Assembly (NCBI GenBank): GCA_022072125.1
Contig: JAJVIH010000054.1
Location: 20,368 to 84,367, forward strand
DNA from: Myxococcota bacterium
GTDB taxonomy: Bacteria; Myxococcota; JAJVIH01
Direction: 5' to 3'
DNA length: 64,000 nt
Shown here: in pieces, positions 47,940-58,252 of the stretch
Layout: every line of letters starts with the position of its first letter
How positions within the stretch are numbered: the stretch's first letter is position 1
The notes under the pieces: model-generated
Seen by the model: the letters and a program-made list of their open reading frames with translations, nothing else
The model's database searches: none
Told to the model about the DNA's origin: nothing
Program-made: the position numbers and the translations under genes

Positions 47940-48803
47940 TTATTCCGCGTCCGCTGGAGCGCTGGCCGCCGATCCCGGCGCAAGACCAGATGGCGGAATC
48001 AGCACGCCACCGTCGGTTCTGGCGGGAGATTTGGCGCGGAACAACTCCGTGCGGGTGACTTCCAGCTTCTTCAGCACCGGATACACCACTTCATTGATGA
48101 ACACCGCCCGGTCAATCCCGGCGCTGCGCATCACCTTCACGCGGGATTCATAATCCGGAACAAGGTCATCCGCCGGCATGCGGAAGTTGGTGAAGACCTC
48201 CTTCAGGTCCGCCAGCGTGCCCGCGCGGTCTTCTTCGAGGTAGATGCCCGACATCAGGGTGTAGAAATTGGTGTGGGCGATTTCATCGCGGGAGATGTGG
48301 TGGTAAATCGCCGACAGCAGTTCGTCGCCCGCCGCCTGCGCCGCCTTCTGCTGCTTGAGGTAGATAACGCAGGTCGCCATCTCCTGGAACATGGCGTACA
48401 GGGTCATCTTGCGGCTGGTGTCGAACGGCGCCTTCCACTTCTTGTTGAGAATGGCGTCGGTGAAGGCGTCCATCTGCTCCGGGGTGCGCTGTCCCGTGCG
48501 CATCAGGTACTCGCGCAGCGACAGGGAGTGCTTGGACTCCTCGTATCCCCAGTTGGCGGCGAACCATAGTTGCGCGTAGGAAGACTGCCGCATGACATCC
48601 AGGTGGGCGTGGATATAGTCGGGCAGGTACATCTCCACTCCCGCGAAAGTCTCGGCGCATAAGGCGCGCTCCTCGGACTTCGGGGTCTTTTCCGCCAGTT
48701 CCCAGGGTACATCCTGCGAAATCACCCAGCGGCGCTTGCGCTCGGCCTTGTCGAAGAAATCGCTGAACGCCTCGTAGGCTTTTTCCTTGAATGTTTTGGC
48801 CAT
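47940..48803 (-). CDS. ferritin-like di-iron acyl-ACP desaturase family protein
   Basis: Two ExxH di-iron motifs (GYEESKHSL and SRDEIAHTN) with appropriate spacing; helical protein of 287 aa. Confidence 0.65.
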   Translation of the reverse strand: MAKTFKEKAYEAFSDFFDKAERKRRWVISQDVPWELAEKTPKSEERALCAETFAGVEMYLPDYIHAHLDVMRQSSYAQLWFAANWGYEESKHSLSLREYLMRTGQRTPEQMDAFTDAILNKKWKAPFDTSRKMTLYAMFQEMATCVIYLKQQKAAQAAGDELLSAIYHHISRDEIAHTNFYTLMSGIYLEEDRAGTLADLKEVFTNFRMPADDLVPDYESRVKVMRSAGIDRAVFINEVVYPVLKKLEVTRTELFRAKSPARTDGGVLIPPSGLAPGSAASAPADAE

Positions 48804-48970
48804 GACTCCCTCTTGACTGAAAATCGCGGGAAACCTAATGATTTCCCCTTTTCCCTGACCGTGTGTTACCTCACGGGCGGCCGGACCGCAGCCTTTCCTG
48901 CCCCGTCATTTTGCGTGCGGTTTGACCACCGGCGCCCGGGGAGCGCATCTCCAGAGAATTGTCAGGATTG

Positions 48971-49858
48971 TCAAAAGCGCGCCGCCAGCAATACCAGGCT
49001 GTTGCCCGCGGGACCCCATTCCCTGCCCCATCGGCCGGCGGGAAGCGGCAGACGGCTCACCGCGGCCAATGGCGCGCGGCGGATCAGGCCGCCGTATCCG
49101 GCTGGCGCGCCGGAATACCAGTTCCAGAACCGGAATCCGGCGCTTTCCACCAACCGCTTCAACACCCGCGGACGGAAATGGTTGAGGTGGCTGGGCGGCG
49201 TGAACAGGCCGTATTTCCAGCGGGCGCCGCTGAGTTGGAGGGCGCGCAGTTTGAGCAGATGAAAATTCATGTTGGGGACACGGATCAGGAGGCATCCGCC
49301 CTCGACCAGCAGGCGGTGGGCGGCGTCAAGCGCATCGCGGAAATCCGGCAAATGCTCGAAGCTGTCGAGGAAACACACCGCTTCGTATTCCGATGACTCT
49401 CCAATGTCTTCGATGATTCCCTGAATCGCGCGGACCCCCGGGATGGTTTTGCACCGGGCGATGCAGGCGGCGGAGACATCCACCCCTGTCATGCGGAAAC
49501 CGCGCGCGGCGCCCTGGGTCAGGAATCCGCCATGGCCGCACCCAGCGTCGAGGATACGATCGCCAGGCTCAAGCCCGAACTCTTCCAGCAGGTCCAGCGC
49601 CTGCTCAAAAGCCTGGGACTTGGAGCGCCCCCAGGCTTTGGCCTCCTCGTCGCCGCCCCGGAAATAGGACTGGTTGTAGTATTCCGCCAGTTGCTGATCG
49701 TCTGGAACCGGAAAGGTGGTGATGAAGCCGCACGCGGGACAATCCAGGATCTGGTAGCCATCCTCGCGGGTCAGAAAAATGAATGGCCCCGGCCCGCCGC
49801 ATGCGCGGCAGGGCGGGAAAGGACGCGGAACATCCCTCAATGCAATGGCTTGGCTCAC
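48971..49858 (-). CDS. class I SAM-dependent methyltransferase with N-terminal zinc ribbon
   Basis: GTG start at 49858 overlapping flippase stop (GTGA) preferred over ATG 49948, which would overlap the flippase by about 90 bp; CRAC..CPAC ribbon; motif I LDAGCGHGGF. Confidence 0.7.
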   Translation of the reverse strand: MSQAIALRDVPRPFPPCRACGGPGPFIFLTREDGYQILDCPACGFITTFPVPDDQQLAEYYNQSYFRGGDEEAKAWGRSKSQAFEQALDLLEEFGLEPGDRILDAGCGHGGFLTQGAARGFRMTGVDVSAACIARCKTIPGVRAIQGIIEDIGESSEYEAVCFLDSFEHLPDFRDALDAAHRLLVEGGCLLIRVPNMNFHLLKLRALQLSGARWKYGLFTPPSHLNHFRPRVLKRLVESAGFRFWNWYSGAPAGYGGLIRRAPLAAVSRLPLPAGRWGREWGPAGNSLVLLAARF

Positions 49859-51300
49859 GTGCTGCTCTTCCTCCGGTTCAGTGCGTACCGGAGCGCCAGC
49901 ATATCCTCGTGCGTGATGATGCGGAAGATCGGCAACGCCAGGGCCCACGACGCGAGACCAGCGAAGGCCAGCGCCAGCGGGTGGACTGCTCCCGCATCAT
50001 GCAACCGCCAACCTGCGAAGGCGATGGCCGCGCCCGCCAACAGACCGGGGAGAACCTGCGCGGCGGCGGCGGATTTGGTCATTCCGCCGGGAAGGACGGA
50101 CCAGAACACCGCTAGCACCACCACCTCGGTGATGGCCGTGCAGGCGGCGACTGCTTCCGGTCCGGCGTACGGGATCAGCGCGGTCTTGAGCAGGATATCC
50201 GCGGCCACGCGCACGATCATGAGAATGCTGGCCAGCCGTTCGCGCTTGAGGGCGACCAGTGTGAAGAGCAGGACATCGTTGATGAACACGAAAGGAACCG
50301 CTACCCCAAACCACGCGAGAAACACCGGCGCGCTGCTCCAGGGACCGCCGAAAAACAGGTCAATCCACCCGCGCGCCCCGGCGATCATCACCACCGCGCC
50401 CGCTACGCCCGGCAACAGCGCCGCCTTCAGCGCCAGGCGCAATGCGCCGGTGATATCCTCTCCGCGCGCGGCCAGGCTGGAGAGAATTGGAAACAACGCG
50501 CCGGTGATAATGAGCGAGATGGCGTATCCGCCTTCAAACAGGCGCGCCGCCATGCCATATTGGCCGATGATCCCATCTGGCGTGTTCATCGCCTTGAGCA
50601 GGATGGGGTCGCTGCGCAGGTAGAACAGCGTGAACATGGTGGTCGCCGCGACGGCGGTGATGTTCCGCCACGAGCGCGGCCAGCGGAACCAGTCGGGCGC
50701 GCGCAGTCCGGGAAAGCGGCCTTGCAGGGAGCGGGCCATCCACAGGGCCCCGGCGGTGTTGGCGATGGCCATGCCGGCGACCGCGTGGGTGGCGGTGCGG
50801 AACAGGAGCAGCCCCGCGGCGCCGCCCGCCAGCATGAGCAGCCGTCCCAGCGTGCGGTTGCGCAGGCCCGAGCGGAAATTCTCCACGCCGCTGTCCGCCG
50901 CGATGACAAACTCGATCAACAGGTTGGCGGCCATGTGCAGGATCATCCACCACGCCAGCACCCGTTCCTCCGCGCCCGCATCCCATGCCGAAATCACCAG
51001 CGCCGCCAGGCAGGATGACCACGCGATCAACCAAAATTTCGCGCCGCTCATCTGCCGCAGCGCCGCCAGCCGCCCGTCTGGATTCGAGGCCAACTGCCTC
51101 ACCAGCAGCGTGTTGGCTCCCGCATCGCCGAGTATGGCGAACATGGCGGCGAATCCCTGGGCGAAGGAAATTTTCCCGAACGCGGCGTCTCCCAGAATGC
51201 GCGTGGTCATCAGCGCCAGCACCAGCGACGCGAGGCGGGCCAATCCCTCCGCGATGGCGCGGAACCACAGGTTGCCGGCGGCGCGCTGGTGAAGGTTCAT
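49855..51300 (-). CDS. polysaccharide/oligosaccharide flippase (MOP/Wzx-like)
   Basis: Start at ATG 51300 (MNLHQRAAGNLWF) directly after the GT4 stop; about 12 predicted TM helices typical of polysaccharide biosynthesis transporters. Confidence 0.7.
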   Translation of the reverse strand: MNLHQRAAGNLWFRAIAEGLARLASLVLALMTTRILGDAAFGKISFAQGFAAMFAILGDAGANTLLVRQLASNPDGRLAALRQMSGAKFWLIAWSSCLAALVISAWDAGAEERVLAWWMILHMAANLLIEFVIAADSGVENFRSGLRNRTLGRLLMLAGGAAGLLLFRTATHAVAGMAIANTAGALWMARSLQGRFPGLRAPDWFRWPRSWRNITAVAATTMFTLFYLRSDPILLKAMNTPDGIIGQYGMAARLFEGGYAISLIITGALFPILSSLAARGEDITGALRLALKAALLPGVAGAVVMIAGARGWIDLFFGGPWSSAPVFLAWFGVAVPFVFINDVLLFTLVALKRERLASILMIVRVAADILLKTALIPYAGPEAVAACTAITEVVVLAVFWSVLPGGMTKSAAAAQVLPGLLAGAAIAFAGWRLHDAGAVHPLALAFAGLASWALALPIFRIITHEDMLALRYALNRRKSST

Positions 51301-52421
51301 TTCGCCAGATCCCGCCAAATCCGCTCCACGCCGTCCGCCATGGCCTGCAGGGAAAAACGCTCTCGTGCAATGACCCGGGCGCTTTCGCCCATGGTCTCGC
51401 GGAGCGCGGGATCCCGGATCAATCGTTCCAGGTGACGGGCGAGTTCTTCCGCACAGCCGGGCCGCGACAGCAGACCCGTCCGTTCATGCGTCACCGCCTC
51501 CGGAACGCCGGCGATCCGGCTGGCCGCCACGGGCAGACCCGCCATCATTGCTTCCAGAATGCTGATCGGCAACCCCTCGCCGCTGACGGATGGGAAGACA
51601 AACACATCCGCGGCGCGCATCAATGCGGGAATATCGTCGCGCCAGCCGGTCAGGCGCACGCGGGTGCGCGCGCCGGGATCGGGCTGTTTGAGCAGTTCCC
51701 GGGATCGGGCCGCGAAGTCATGGCTTCCCCCGGCGATGATCAGCCATGGATCAAGGCCGCGATCATGCAGAAGTTGGAAGGAACGCATCAACACATCATG
51801 CCCTTTCGCGGGGATCAGCTTGCCGGCCGACAGCAGAACCGCCGCGTTCTCCGGAATTCCCAGCGTTGCGCGTATGGACTTGCGCGCGGAGTCCGGAGCG
51901 GGTTGCTCCGGAACTCCGTAGGGAACCACCACGGTTTTCTCCGGAACGCCCGGGACATGGCGGTAGGCGTCGCGCGCGGCCTGGCAGCAGGCGATGACGC
52001 GCGAAGCCCGGTTCAACAGCCGGCGATCCACCCGGTTTTGCCGGGTGAAGACATTGTGCAGCGTCCACACCAGGGGAGTGGAAGGCGGCGTGGCTTCCGC
52101 GGCGTATTTCATGGCGTAGAAGGCGTTGGCGTGGACGATGGCGGGGGCCGTTTCGCGAATGAGTTCGTGGAGCCGTCTCACGCCCTTGCCGGAAACCCAG
52201 GGCAGGTGATTGACGCGGAAGGGCAGGGCGTCAAACTCCAGCGGAATGACTTCCACGCCCTGCGCCCGCGCCCGCTTCTCCATTTCGCCGCCGGGCGGAC
52301 ACGCCAGCACGTGCTTCCAGCGCGGGGGAGGCAGCGCGGCGCACAGGCGCAGCATCGCCATCTGCCCTCCCGAAACCCACGGAAACGGGTCCAGCCACAG
52401 AATCACCGGAGATTGGCTCAC
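51297..52421 (-). CDS. GT4-family glycosyltransferase
   Basis: GT-B C-terminal motif ..VFVFPSVSGEGLPISILEAMMAGLPVAAS..; start overlaps recD2 stop. Confidence 0.85.
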   Translation of the reverse strand: MSQSPVILWLDPFPWVSGGQMAMLRLCAALPPPRWKHVLACPPGGEMEKRARAQGVEVIPLEFDALPFRVNHLPWVSGKGVRRLHELIRETAPAIVHANAFYAMKYAAEATPPSTPLVWTLHNVFTRQNRVDRRLLNRASRVIACCQAARDAYRHVPGVPEKTVVVPYGVPEQPAPDSARKSIRATLGIPENAAVLLSAGKLIPAKGHDVLMRSFQLLHDRGLDPWLIIAGGSHDFAARSRELLKQPDPGARTRVRLTGWRDDIPALMRAADVFVFPSVSGEGLPISILEAMMAGLPVAASRIAGVPEAVTHERTGLLSRPGCAEELARHLERLIRDPALRETMGESARVIARERFSLQAMADGVERIWRDLAK

Positions 52422-54670
52422 GCTTCGCCGTCCCGGTTGTCGCGCAGAGCGCCGCGAATGCGATCCGCCAGGGCGGAATAGCGCTCGCGCACCGCGTTGT
52501 TGCGCACCGCCATGCCGATGGCCTTTTCCTGGCCAATCAGCACCACCAGTTTTTTGCCGCGTGTGATCGCCGTGTACAGCAGGTTGCGCTGTAGCATCAT
52601 GTAGTGCTGCGTGAACAGCGGCGTGATCACGGCGGGGTATTCGCTGCCCTGGCTCTTGTGTACGGTGATGGCGTAAGCCAGCATCAGGTTGCCGGTGTCA
52701 TCCTTGTGATAGCGGGACTCGCGGTCGCCGAAACGCACGATAATCTCCTTCTTCGGCGCGTCCCAGCCCACGATGCGGCCCACGTCGCCGTTGAAGACTT
52801 CGCGGTCGTAATCGTTGCGGATCTGCATCACCTTGTCGCCCAGCCGGAATTCAAATTCCCCGCGCTTCAGCAGGGGATCCCCCGGATTCAGTTCGGCCTG
52901 CAGCACGCGGTTCAGGTTTTCCGCGCCCACGGCGCCCCGGTGCATGGGAACCAGCACCTGCACATCCTCGACGGGATCCAGTCCGAAGCGTTTGGGAATG
53001 CGCTCGCGCACCATCTGCAGAATGGCGGGAACGGCCTCCTCGGGGCTGTTGCGTGGAACGATGAAAAAATCCGATTCCCCGCCCGGCGGCGCCGAAACCG
53101 GAGGTTCGCCCGAGTTCACCCGGTGGGCGTTGACGACGATGTCCGACGAGCGCGCCTGACGGAATATCTCTCGCAACCTCACCACGCTCGCGGCGCCGGA
53201 AGCAATCAGATCCCGCAGGACATTTCCCGCTCCCACGCTGGGGAGTTGATCCACGTCGCCGACAAACACCACGCGCGCATTGGCGGGCAGGGCGCTCAGC
53301 AGCGCATACAACAACTGGATATCAATCATGGATGCTTCGTCCACGATCAACGCCCCGCATGACAGCGGGGAGCCCGCGTTGCGTCCGAACAGCCCCGGCG
53401 AATCGCCCGTGTTGTATTCCAGCAGACGGTGGATGGTCATCGCCTCGTGACCGGCGGATTCCGCCAGCCTGCGCGCCGCCCGGCCGGTGGGAGCGGCGAG
53501 GGCGATGTCCGTCTTGTTGTGTTTCAGGATGCGGACGATCCCGCGCATGATGGTGGTTTTGCCGGTGCCCGGTCCGCCCGTGATCACGGTGATGGGATGG
53601 GTCAGCGCCTCCCGGAGAGCCTCCCGCTGGAGCGTGGTCAACTCAATGTGCGCATCCTCCGCGTAACTGTTGATGGCGGCGTCCAGATCGCCCTGGATGC
53701 GCTCCGCTCCGCGCAGCTTGAGCAGTTCGGCGCAGGCCCCGGTCTCGGCGCGGTGCAGCGAACGCGCGTAAGCGGCTTCCTCGCCGCGGATTTTCTCAAT
53801 CACCACATGGGATTCCCGGCGCAGCGATTCCACCGCGGCTTCGATCAGCCCGGGCTCGACCTGAAGTTCCTGGATTCCGCGTTCAATCCATACGGAAACC
53901 GGCAAGTATACATGTCCTTCGTCGCCGGCGGTTTCAAGCTGGAAATGCATGAACGCGCGTATGCGGCGCGGATGTTTTTCGTCAATCCCCATCGAGCGCG
54001 CGATGCGATCGGCGGTTTTGAAGCCGACCCCGAACACGTCAAACGCCAGCACATAGGGATCTTCCCTGATTTTGTTGACGGTCTGTTCCCGGTAACGGGA
54101 GTAAATGCGGTGCGCGAGTCCGGGCGTGGCGCCGTGCGACATCAGGAATGTCATCACGCGGAGCACGCCCTGCTGCTCCATCAGGGATTCGTGGATGATC
54201 TTCGCCTTGCGATCGCTGATGCCTTCCACCCCGGTCAGCCGCGAAGGTTCGTTGATGATGATGTCCAGGGTGTCCATGCCGAAGGCGGCGACGAGCCGCT
54301 CCGCGTTTTTATCGCCCACGCCATCCACATTCGCGGAGAGAAAGCGGCGTACTCCCTCCAGGCTTTGATGTGACAGCGGCTGCACGGCGTCGGCGCGGAA
54401 CTGCCTGCCGTAGTTCTTGTCCTCGACCCAGCGGCCCTGGCATTCGATGTTCATGCCGGGGTCCAGGCCCGCGAGCACGCCCACCACGGTGACTTCCTCG
54501 CCGCCGGTGATCATACGGACCACCGCGAATCCGCTGGCCGCGTTGGCAAAGACCACCCGCCGGACCTCGCCGCGCAGGGTCTCGGTCTGGTTGGCGTCCT
54601 GGTTCTGGAAAAGTGGTCCGGCGCGTGCGCTCACGGCGCGCAGTGTGCGTTGGAAAATGGTCCCGCGCAA
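52418..54670 (-). CDS. recD2: RecD2-like SF1B DNA helicase
   Basis: N-terminal OB/HhH region; Walker [10 protein letters not shown]; Walker B LIVDEASM; motifs [13 protein letters not shown] and C-terminal [10 protein letters not shown]. Confidence 0.9.
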   Translation of the reverse strand: MRGTIFQRTLRAVSARAGPLFQNQDANQTETLRGEVRRVVFANAASGFAVVRMITGGEEVTVVGVLAGLDPGMNIECQGRWVEDKNYGRQFRADAVQPLSHQSLEGVRRFLSANVDGVGDKNAERLVAAFGMDTLDIIINEPSRLTGVEGISDRKAKIIHESLMEQQGVLRVMTFLMSHGATPGLAHRIYSRYREQTVNKIREDPYVLAFDVFGVGFKTADRIARSMGIDEKHPRRIRAFMHFQLETAGDEGHVYLPVSVWIERGIQELQVEPGLIEAAVESLRRESHVVIEKIRGEEAAYARSLHRAETGACAELLKLRGAERIQGDLDAAINSYAEDAHIELTTLQREALREALTHPITVITGGPGTGKTTIMRGIVRILKHNKTDIALAAPTGRAARRLAESAGHEAMTIHRLLEYNTGDSPGLFGRNAGSPLSCGALIVDEASMIDIQLLYALLSALPANARVVFVGDVDQLPSVGAGNVLRDLIASGAASVVRLREIFRQARSSDIVVNAHRVNSGEPPVSAPPGGESDFFIVPRNSPEEAVPAILQMVRERIPKRFGLDPVEDVQVLVPMHRGAVGAENLNRVLQAELNPGDPLLKRGEFEFRLGDKVMQIRNDYDREVFNGDVGRIVGWDAPKKEIIVRFGDRESRYHKDDTGNLMLAYAITVHKSQGSEYPAVITPLFTQHYMMLQRNLLYTAITRGKKLVVLIGQEKAIGMAVRNNAVRERYSALADRIRGALRDNRDGEA

Positions 54671-54717
54671 GCGTCCGTCCGATTGCCCGCGCGCGGGAAC
54701 AGCGCTACAAACAGGGC

Positions 54718-56400
54718 ATGGAATCCTCCCGTCAGAATGCTCCCGTCATTCGCGCGCCCCGCGGCGGTTCCTTGGCCTGCAAAGGCTGGGTGCAGGAAGC
54801 CGCCATGCGCATGATCATGAACAATCTCGACCCCGAAGTGGCCGAGCGCCCCGCCGATCTGGTCGTCTACGGCGGCATTGGCAAGGCGGCCCGCAACTGG
54901 GACTGCTACCACGCGATCGTCCGTTCGCTGCGCGAACTGGAAAGCGACGAAACCCTGCTGGTGCAGAGCGGCAAGCCGGTCGGTGTGATGAAAACCCATC
55001 CGGACGCCCCGCGCGTGCTGCTGGCCAATTCCAACCTGGTTCCCAAATGGGCGACCTGGGAGCACTTCCGCGAACTGGACGCCAGGGGCCTGATGATGTT
55101 CGGGCAGATGACCGCCGGATCGTGGATCTACATCGGCACGCAGGGCATTCTGCAGGGCACGCATGAGACCTTCGCCCAAGCCGGACGCACGCATTTTGGT
55201 TCTGCCGATTTGCGCGGGCGGTCCATTCTCACCGGCGGGCTGGGCGGCATGGGCGGCGCGCAGCCGCTGGCCGCGGCCATGGCGGGGGCGGCGATCCTGT
55301 GTGTGGAGGTGGATCCGTCCCGCATCCGCCGCCGCCTGGAAACGGGCTACCTCGACGTGGCGGCGGACTCCCTGCCGGACGCGCTGGATCGCGTGCAAAC
55401 AGCGGTGAAGGAAAAACGTCCGCTCAGCGTTGGCCTGTTGGGCAATTGCGCGGAAGTATTTCCGGAACTGGCCCGCCGCGGCGTGAAATTTGATCTGGTC
55501 ACTGACCAGACCAGCGCACATGATCCCCTCAATGGCTATATTCCCGCCGGTGCGAGCCTGGAAGAAGCGGCGGCATGGCGCCAGCGCGATCCTCAAGGGT
55601 ATGTCACGGCGGCCAAGCAGAGCATGGCCGCGCAGGTGCGGGCGATGCTTGACATGATGCGCGCAGGCGCCCATGTGTTCGATTATGGCAACAACATCCG
55701 CGCCATGGCGCAGGAGATGGGCGTGGAGGACGCTTTCGCGTTTCCAGGGTTTGTGCCCGCGTATATCCGCCCGCTGTTCTGCGACGGCAAGGGGCCGTTC
55801 CGCTGGGTCGCGCTCTCCGGCGATCCCGCCGACATCGCCGCGACGGACGACGAGGTGTTGCGGCTGTTTCCGGAGGATCAGACCCTGCGTGCGTGGATTA
55901 GCCAAGCGCGGGACAAGGTGCGGTTTCAGGGCTTGCCGGCGCGCATATGCTGGCTCGGATACGGCGAGCGCGCCCGCGCGGGACTGGCCTTCAACCGTCT
56001 GGTGGCGGAAGGGCGCGTGAAGGCCCCCATTGTCATCGGCCGCGATCACCTGGATTGCGGCAGCGTCGCCTCGCCGAACCGCGAAACCGAGGCGATGCTG
56101 GATGGATCGGACGCCGTCGCCGACTGGCCGATCCTCAACGCGCTCGTCAACGCGGTGAATGGCGCGAGTTGGGTGTCCTTTCATCACGGCGGCGGCGTCG
56201 GCATGGGGTATTCGCTGCACGCCGGGCAGGTGATTGTCGCCGATGGAACGCCGGAAGCGGCGCACCGCATCGAGCGCGTGCTCAACTCCGATCCGGCGAT
56301 GGGTATTTTCCGTCACGCGGACGCGGGGTATGGGCGCGCCATCGCCAATGCGAAAACAGCCGGGTTGAAAATTCCGGTCGAACCCACGGCGCGCGGCTGA
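54718..56400 (+). CDS. hutU: urocanate hydratase
   Basis: Start at ATG 54718 ([14 protein letters not shown]); NAD-binding [11 protein letters not shown]; urocanase-typical blocks [12 protein letters not shown] and [13 protein letters not shown]. Confidence 0.9.
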   Translation: MESSRQNAPVIRAPRGGSLACKGWVQEAAMRMIMNNLDPEVAERPADLVVYGGIGKAARNWDCYHAIVRSLRELESDETLLVQSGKPVGVMKTHPDAPRVLLANSNLVPKWATWEHFRELDARGLMMFGQMTAGSWIYIGTQGILQGTHETFAQAGRTHFGSADLRGRSILTGGLGGMGGAQPLAAAMAGAAILCVEVDPSRIRRRLETGYLDVAADSLPDALDRVQTAVKEKRPLSVGLLGNCAEVFPELARRGVKFDLVTDQTSAHDPLNGYIPAGASLEEAAAWRQRDPQGYVTAAKQSMAAQVRAMLDMMRAGAHVFDYGNNIRAMAQEMGVEDAFAFPGFVPAYIRPLFCDGKGPFRWVALSGDPADIAATDDEVLRLFPEDQTLRAWISQARDKVRFQGLPARICWLGYGERARAGLAFNRLVAEGRVKAPIVIGRDHLDCGSVASPNRETEAMLDGSDAVADWPILNALVNAVNGASWVSFHHGGGVGMGYSLHAGQVIVADGTPEAAHRIERVLNSDPAMGIFRHADAGYGRAIANAKTAGLKIPVEPTARG

Positions 56401-56423
56401 TTTCTCCCGGACAAGGAGCTTTC

Positions 56424-57521
56424 ATGGACGCCAATCTTCTTCCTCCGGATGCGGAATTGCTGGAAGCCGCGGCCCGGCGCAACACCACGCTTTCCGAACT
56501 GGCGCCGCCCTGCGCGCGCCCGCTCGACGTCCGTCATCTGGCGCAGATGGCCCATCTGACCTGTCCCGCCACCACCTGGAAATACGTGGAAGGCGCGGTG
56601 CTGAACAGCAAGGCCAACCTGGTGGTGCTCGATCTCGACGACTCGGTTCCGGCGGAAAGGCCGGATCTGCTGGAAGAAGGGCTCCGCAATATCGTCCGCG
56701 CGTTCCGGACGCTGAAGTGGCCCGTTTCCAGGCTGCGGTATTTCCGTCCGCGCGGTCTGGCCGAGGATCCGCGCCACGAGGATATCCATGTCGTGACGGA
56801 GAATGCCCCCGGCGGCTTCGATGGTCTGGTCTACCCCAAGATCGAGAATGAGGAGGAACTCGTCGGCGTGGACCTGACGCTGTCCGCGCTGGAGGAAAAG
56901 CACGGGCTGCCGCAGGGAGGCATCCGCGTGCAGGCGATGATTGAATCGGTTCACGCGGAAGAGCGGGTGTTCGAGATCGCCCGCTCCACGCCGCGTCTCT
57001 CCGGACTGATCTTTGGCGCGTTCGACTACTGGAGCAGCCTGGGACTTGCGTTGACTGCCTATCGCCCGGACCATCCGCTGATCAACGATGCGCGTATCCA
57101 CATCGCCAAGGCCGCCGCCAGCGTGGGAGTTCCCGCCATCGCTGAAATGACCCTGAATTTTCCCACCCGCGACAAAAGCGAGGCGGAGCGCGCGGCCGCG
57201 CTGGAAGACTGCCGCCGCGACGCCATTCTGGCGAGGGAACAGGGGTTTTCCGGGAAATGGACGGGCATCCCCGCGCAGGTGGAAATCGCCGTGGAGGTAT
57301 TCACCCCCGCGGCGCCAGCGATTGAAAAGGCGCTGCGCGAGGCCCGAGCCTTCCTGGATTCGCTGAAGCAGGGCAAGGCCGCGCTGATGATTGACGGCAG
57401 GATGGCCGATCGCGCCACTGATCGCATGAACCGCACGCTGCTGGCCGTGGCGTACGCGGTGGGGCGGGTCAGCGAGGACGATGCGCGTTTGTTGGGGCTG
57501 ATTCCGGGAGAGGATCAGTAG
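56424..57521 (+). CDS. HpcH/HpaI aldolase / citrate lyase beta (CitE)-like protein
   Basis: Start at ATG 56424 (MDANLLPP), internal to six-frame ORF 55947..57521; CitE-like block LVVLDLDDSVPAE and downstream Glu/Asp metal ligands; 23 bp after hutU. Confidence 0.8.
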   Translation: MDANLLPPDAELLEAAARRNTTLSELAPPCARPLDVRHLAQMAHLTCPATTWKYVEGAVLNSKANLVVLDLDDSVPAERPDLLEEGLRNIVRAFRTLKWPVSRLRYFRPRGLAEDPRHEDIHVVTENAPGGFDGLVYPKIENEEELVGVDLTLSALEEKHGLPQGGIRVQAMIESVHAEERVFEIARSTPRLSGLIFGAFDYWSSLGLALTAYRPDHPLINDARIHIAKAAASVGVPAIAEMTLNFPTRDKSEAERAAALEDCRRDAILAREQGFSGKWTGIPAQVEIAVEVFTPAAPAIEKALREARAFLDSLKQGKAALMIDGRMADRATDRMNRTLLAVAYAVGRVSEDDARLLGLIPGEDQ

Positions 57522-58150
57522 CGGATGGCGAACGCCTTGCCTACGGTATCCGGATTTTCCAGGCAATCAAGCAGGCAGTAGGCCAGATCGGCGCGCGAGA
57601 TCGATGAGAAAGTCCCGATGCGCAAATCCGGTCCCGTGGCGTAGCGGCCCTTCGCCGGTCCATTGGTCAGCCGTGGCGGCCGCACGATGGTCCAGTCCAG
57701 GCCGCTGGCCATGATCAGGCGTTCCTGCTCGCGGCGGTCCGCCAACATCGCTTTCATCTTCTCTCCAAATTCAAAGGGAAGCCGGTAAATTCCCCGCAGG
57801 TGTTCGCGTGGATGGCCGATCAGACAGCCGGTGACACATGCCAGCCGCGTGACACCGTGTTTTTTCATGGCTGCGATCAGATTGGCGGCTCCTGGCGCCG
57901 TGAGCGCCGCGGGGGAATCCGGGGCGTGGCCGATACAACTCAACGCCGCGGTTGCGCCTTCCATGGCCTGTTCCAGCGAGCCTGCGTCCAGAATATCTCC
58001 CTGGAGCACTTCGAGTGATGCGTGAGGTGAAAAGGCTCCTTCAGGGCGGCGGACCGGCGCGCGGACAGTCCAGCCCCGGCGCAGGGCTTCGCGCACGCAT
58101 TCCCGCCCGGTTCTTCCGGAGGCGCCAATGATGAAAAGGATTCTGTTCAT
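57515..58150 (-). CDS. NAD(P)H-binding NmrA/SDR-like protein
   Basis: Start at ATG 58150 (MNRILFIIGASGRTG); Rossmann GxSGxxG motif. Confidence 0.7.
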   Translation of the reverse strand: MNRILFIIGASGRTGRECVREALRRGWTVRAPVRRPEGAFSPHASLEVLQGDILDAGSLEQAMEGATAALSCIGHAPDSPAALTAPGAANLIAAMKKHGVTRLACVTGCLIGHPREHLRGIYRLPFEFGEKMKAMLADRREQERLIMASGLDWTIVRPPRLTNGPAKGRYATGPDLRIGTFSSISRADLAYCLLDCLENPDTVGKAFAIRY

Positions 58151-58252
58151 GGCCGGAAATCTCCCCGCGCATGCCAGGCTGAAATTGCGCACCCAACTTC
58201 CCCGGCATATTGCAAAACCAGCCCCGCGCGGTCCAACGGGATCGCCGGAAGT

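Noticed and set aside
54631-56316. 561-aa minus-strand ORF
   Set aside because: Antisense to hutU, which is unambiguous
55947-57521. 524-aa ORF with N-terminal extension into hutU
   Set aside because: The extension overlaps the hutU 3' end in another frame; the real start is the ATG at 56424 (MDANLLPP)
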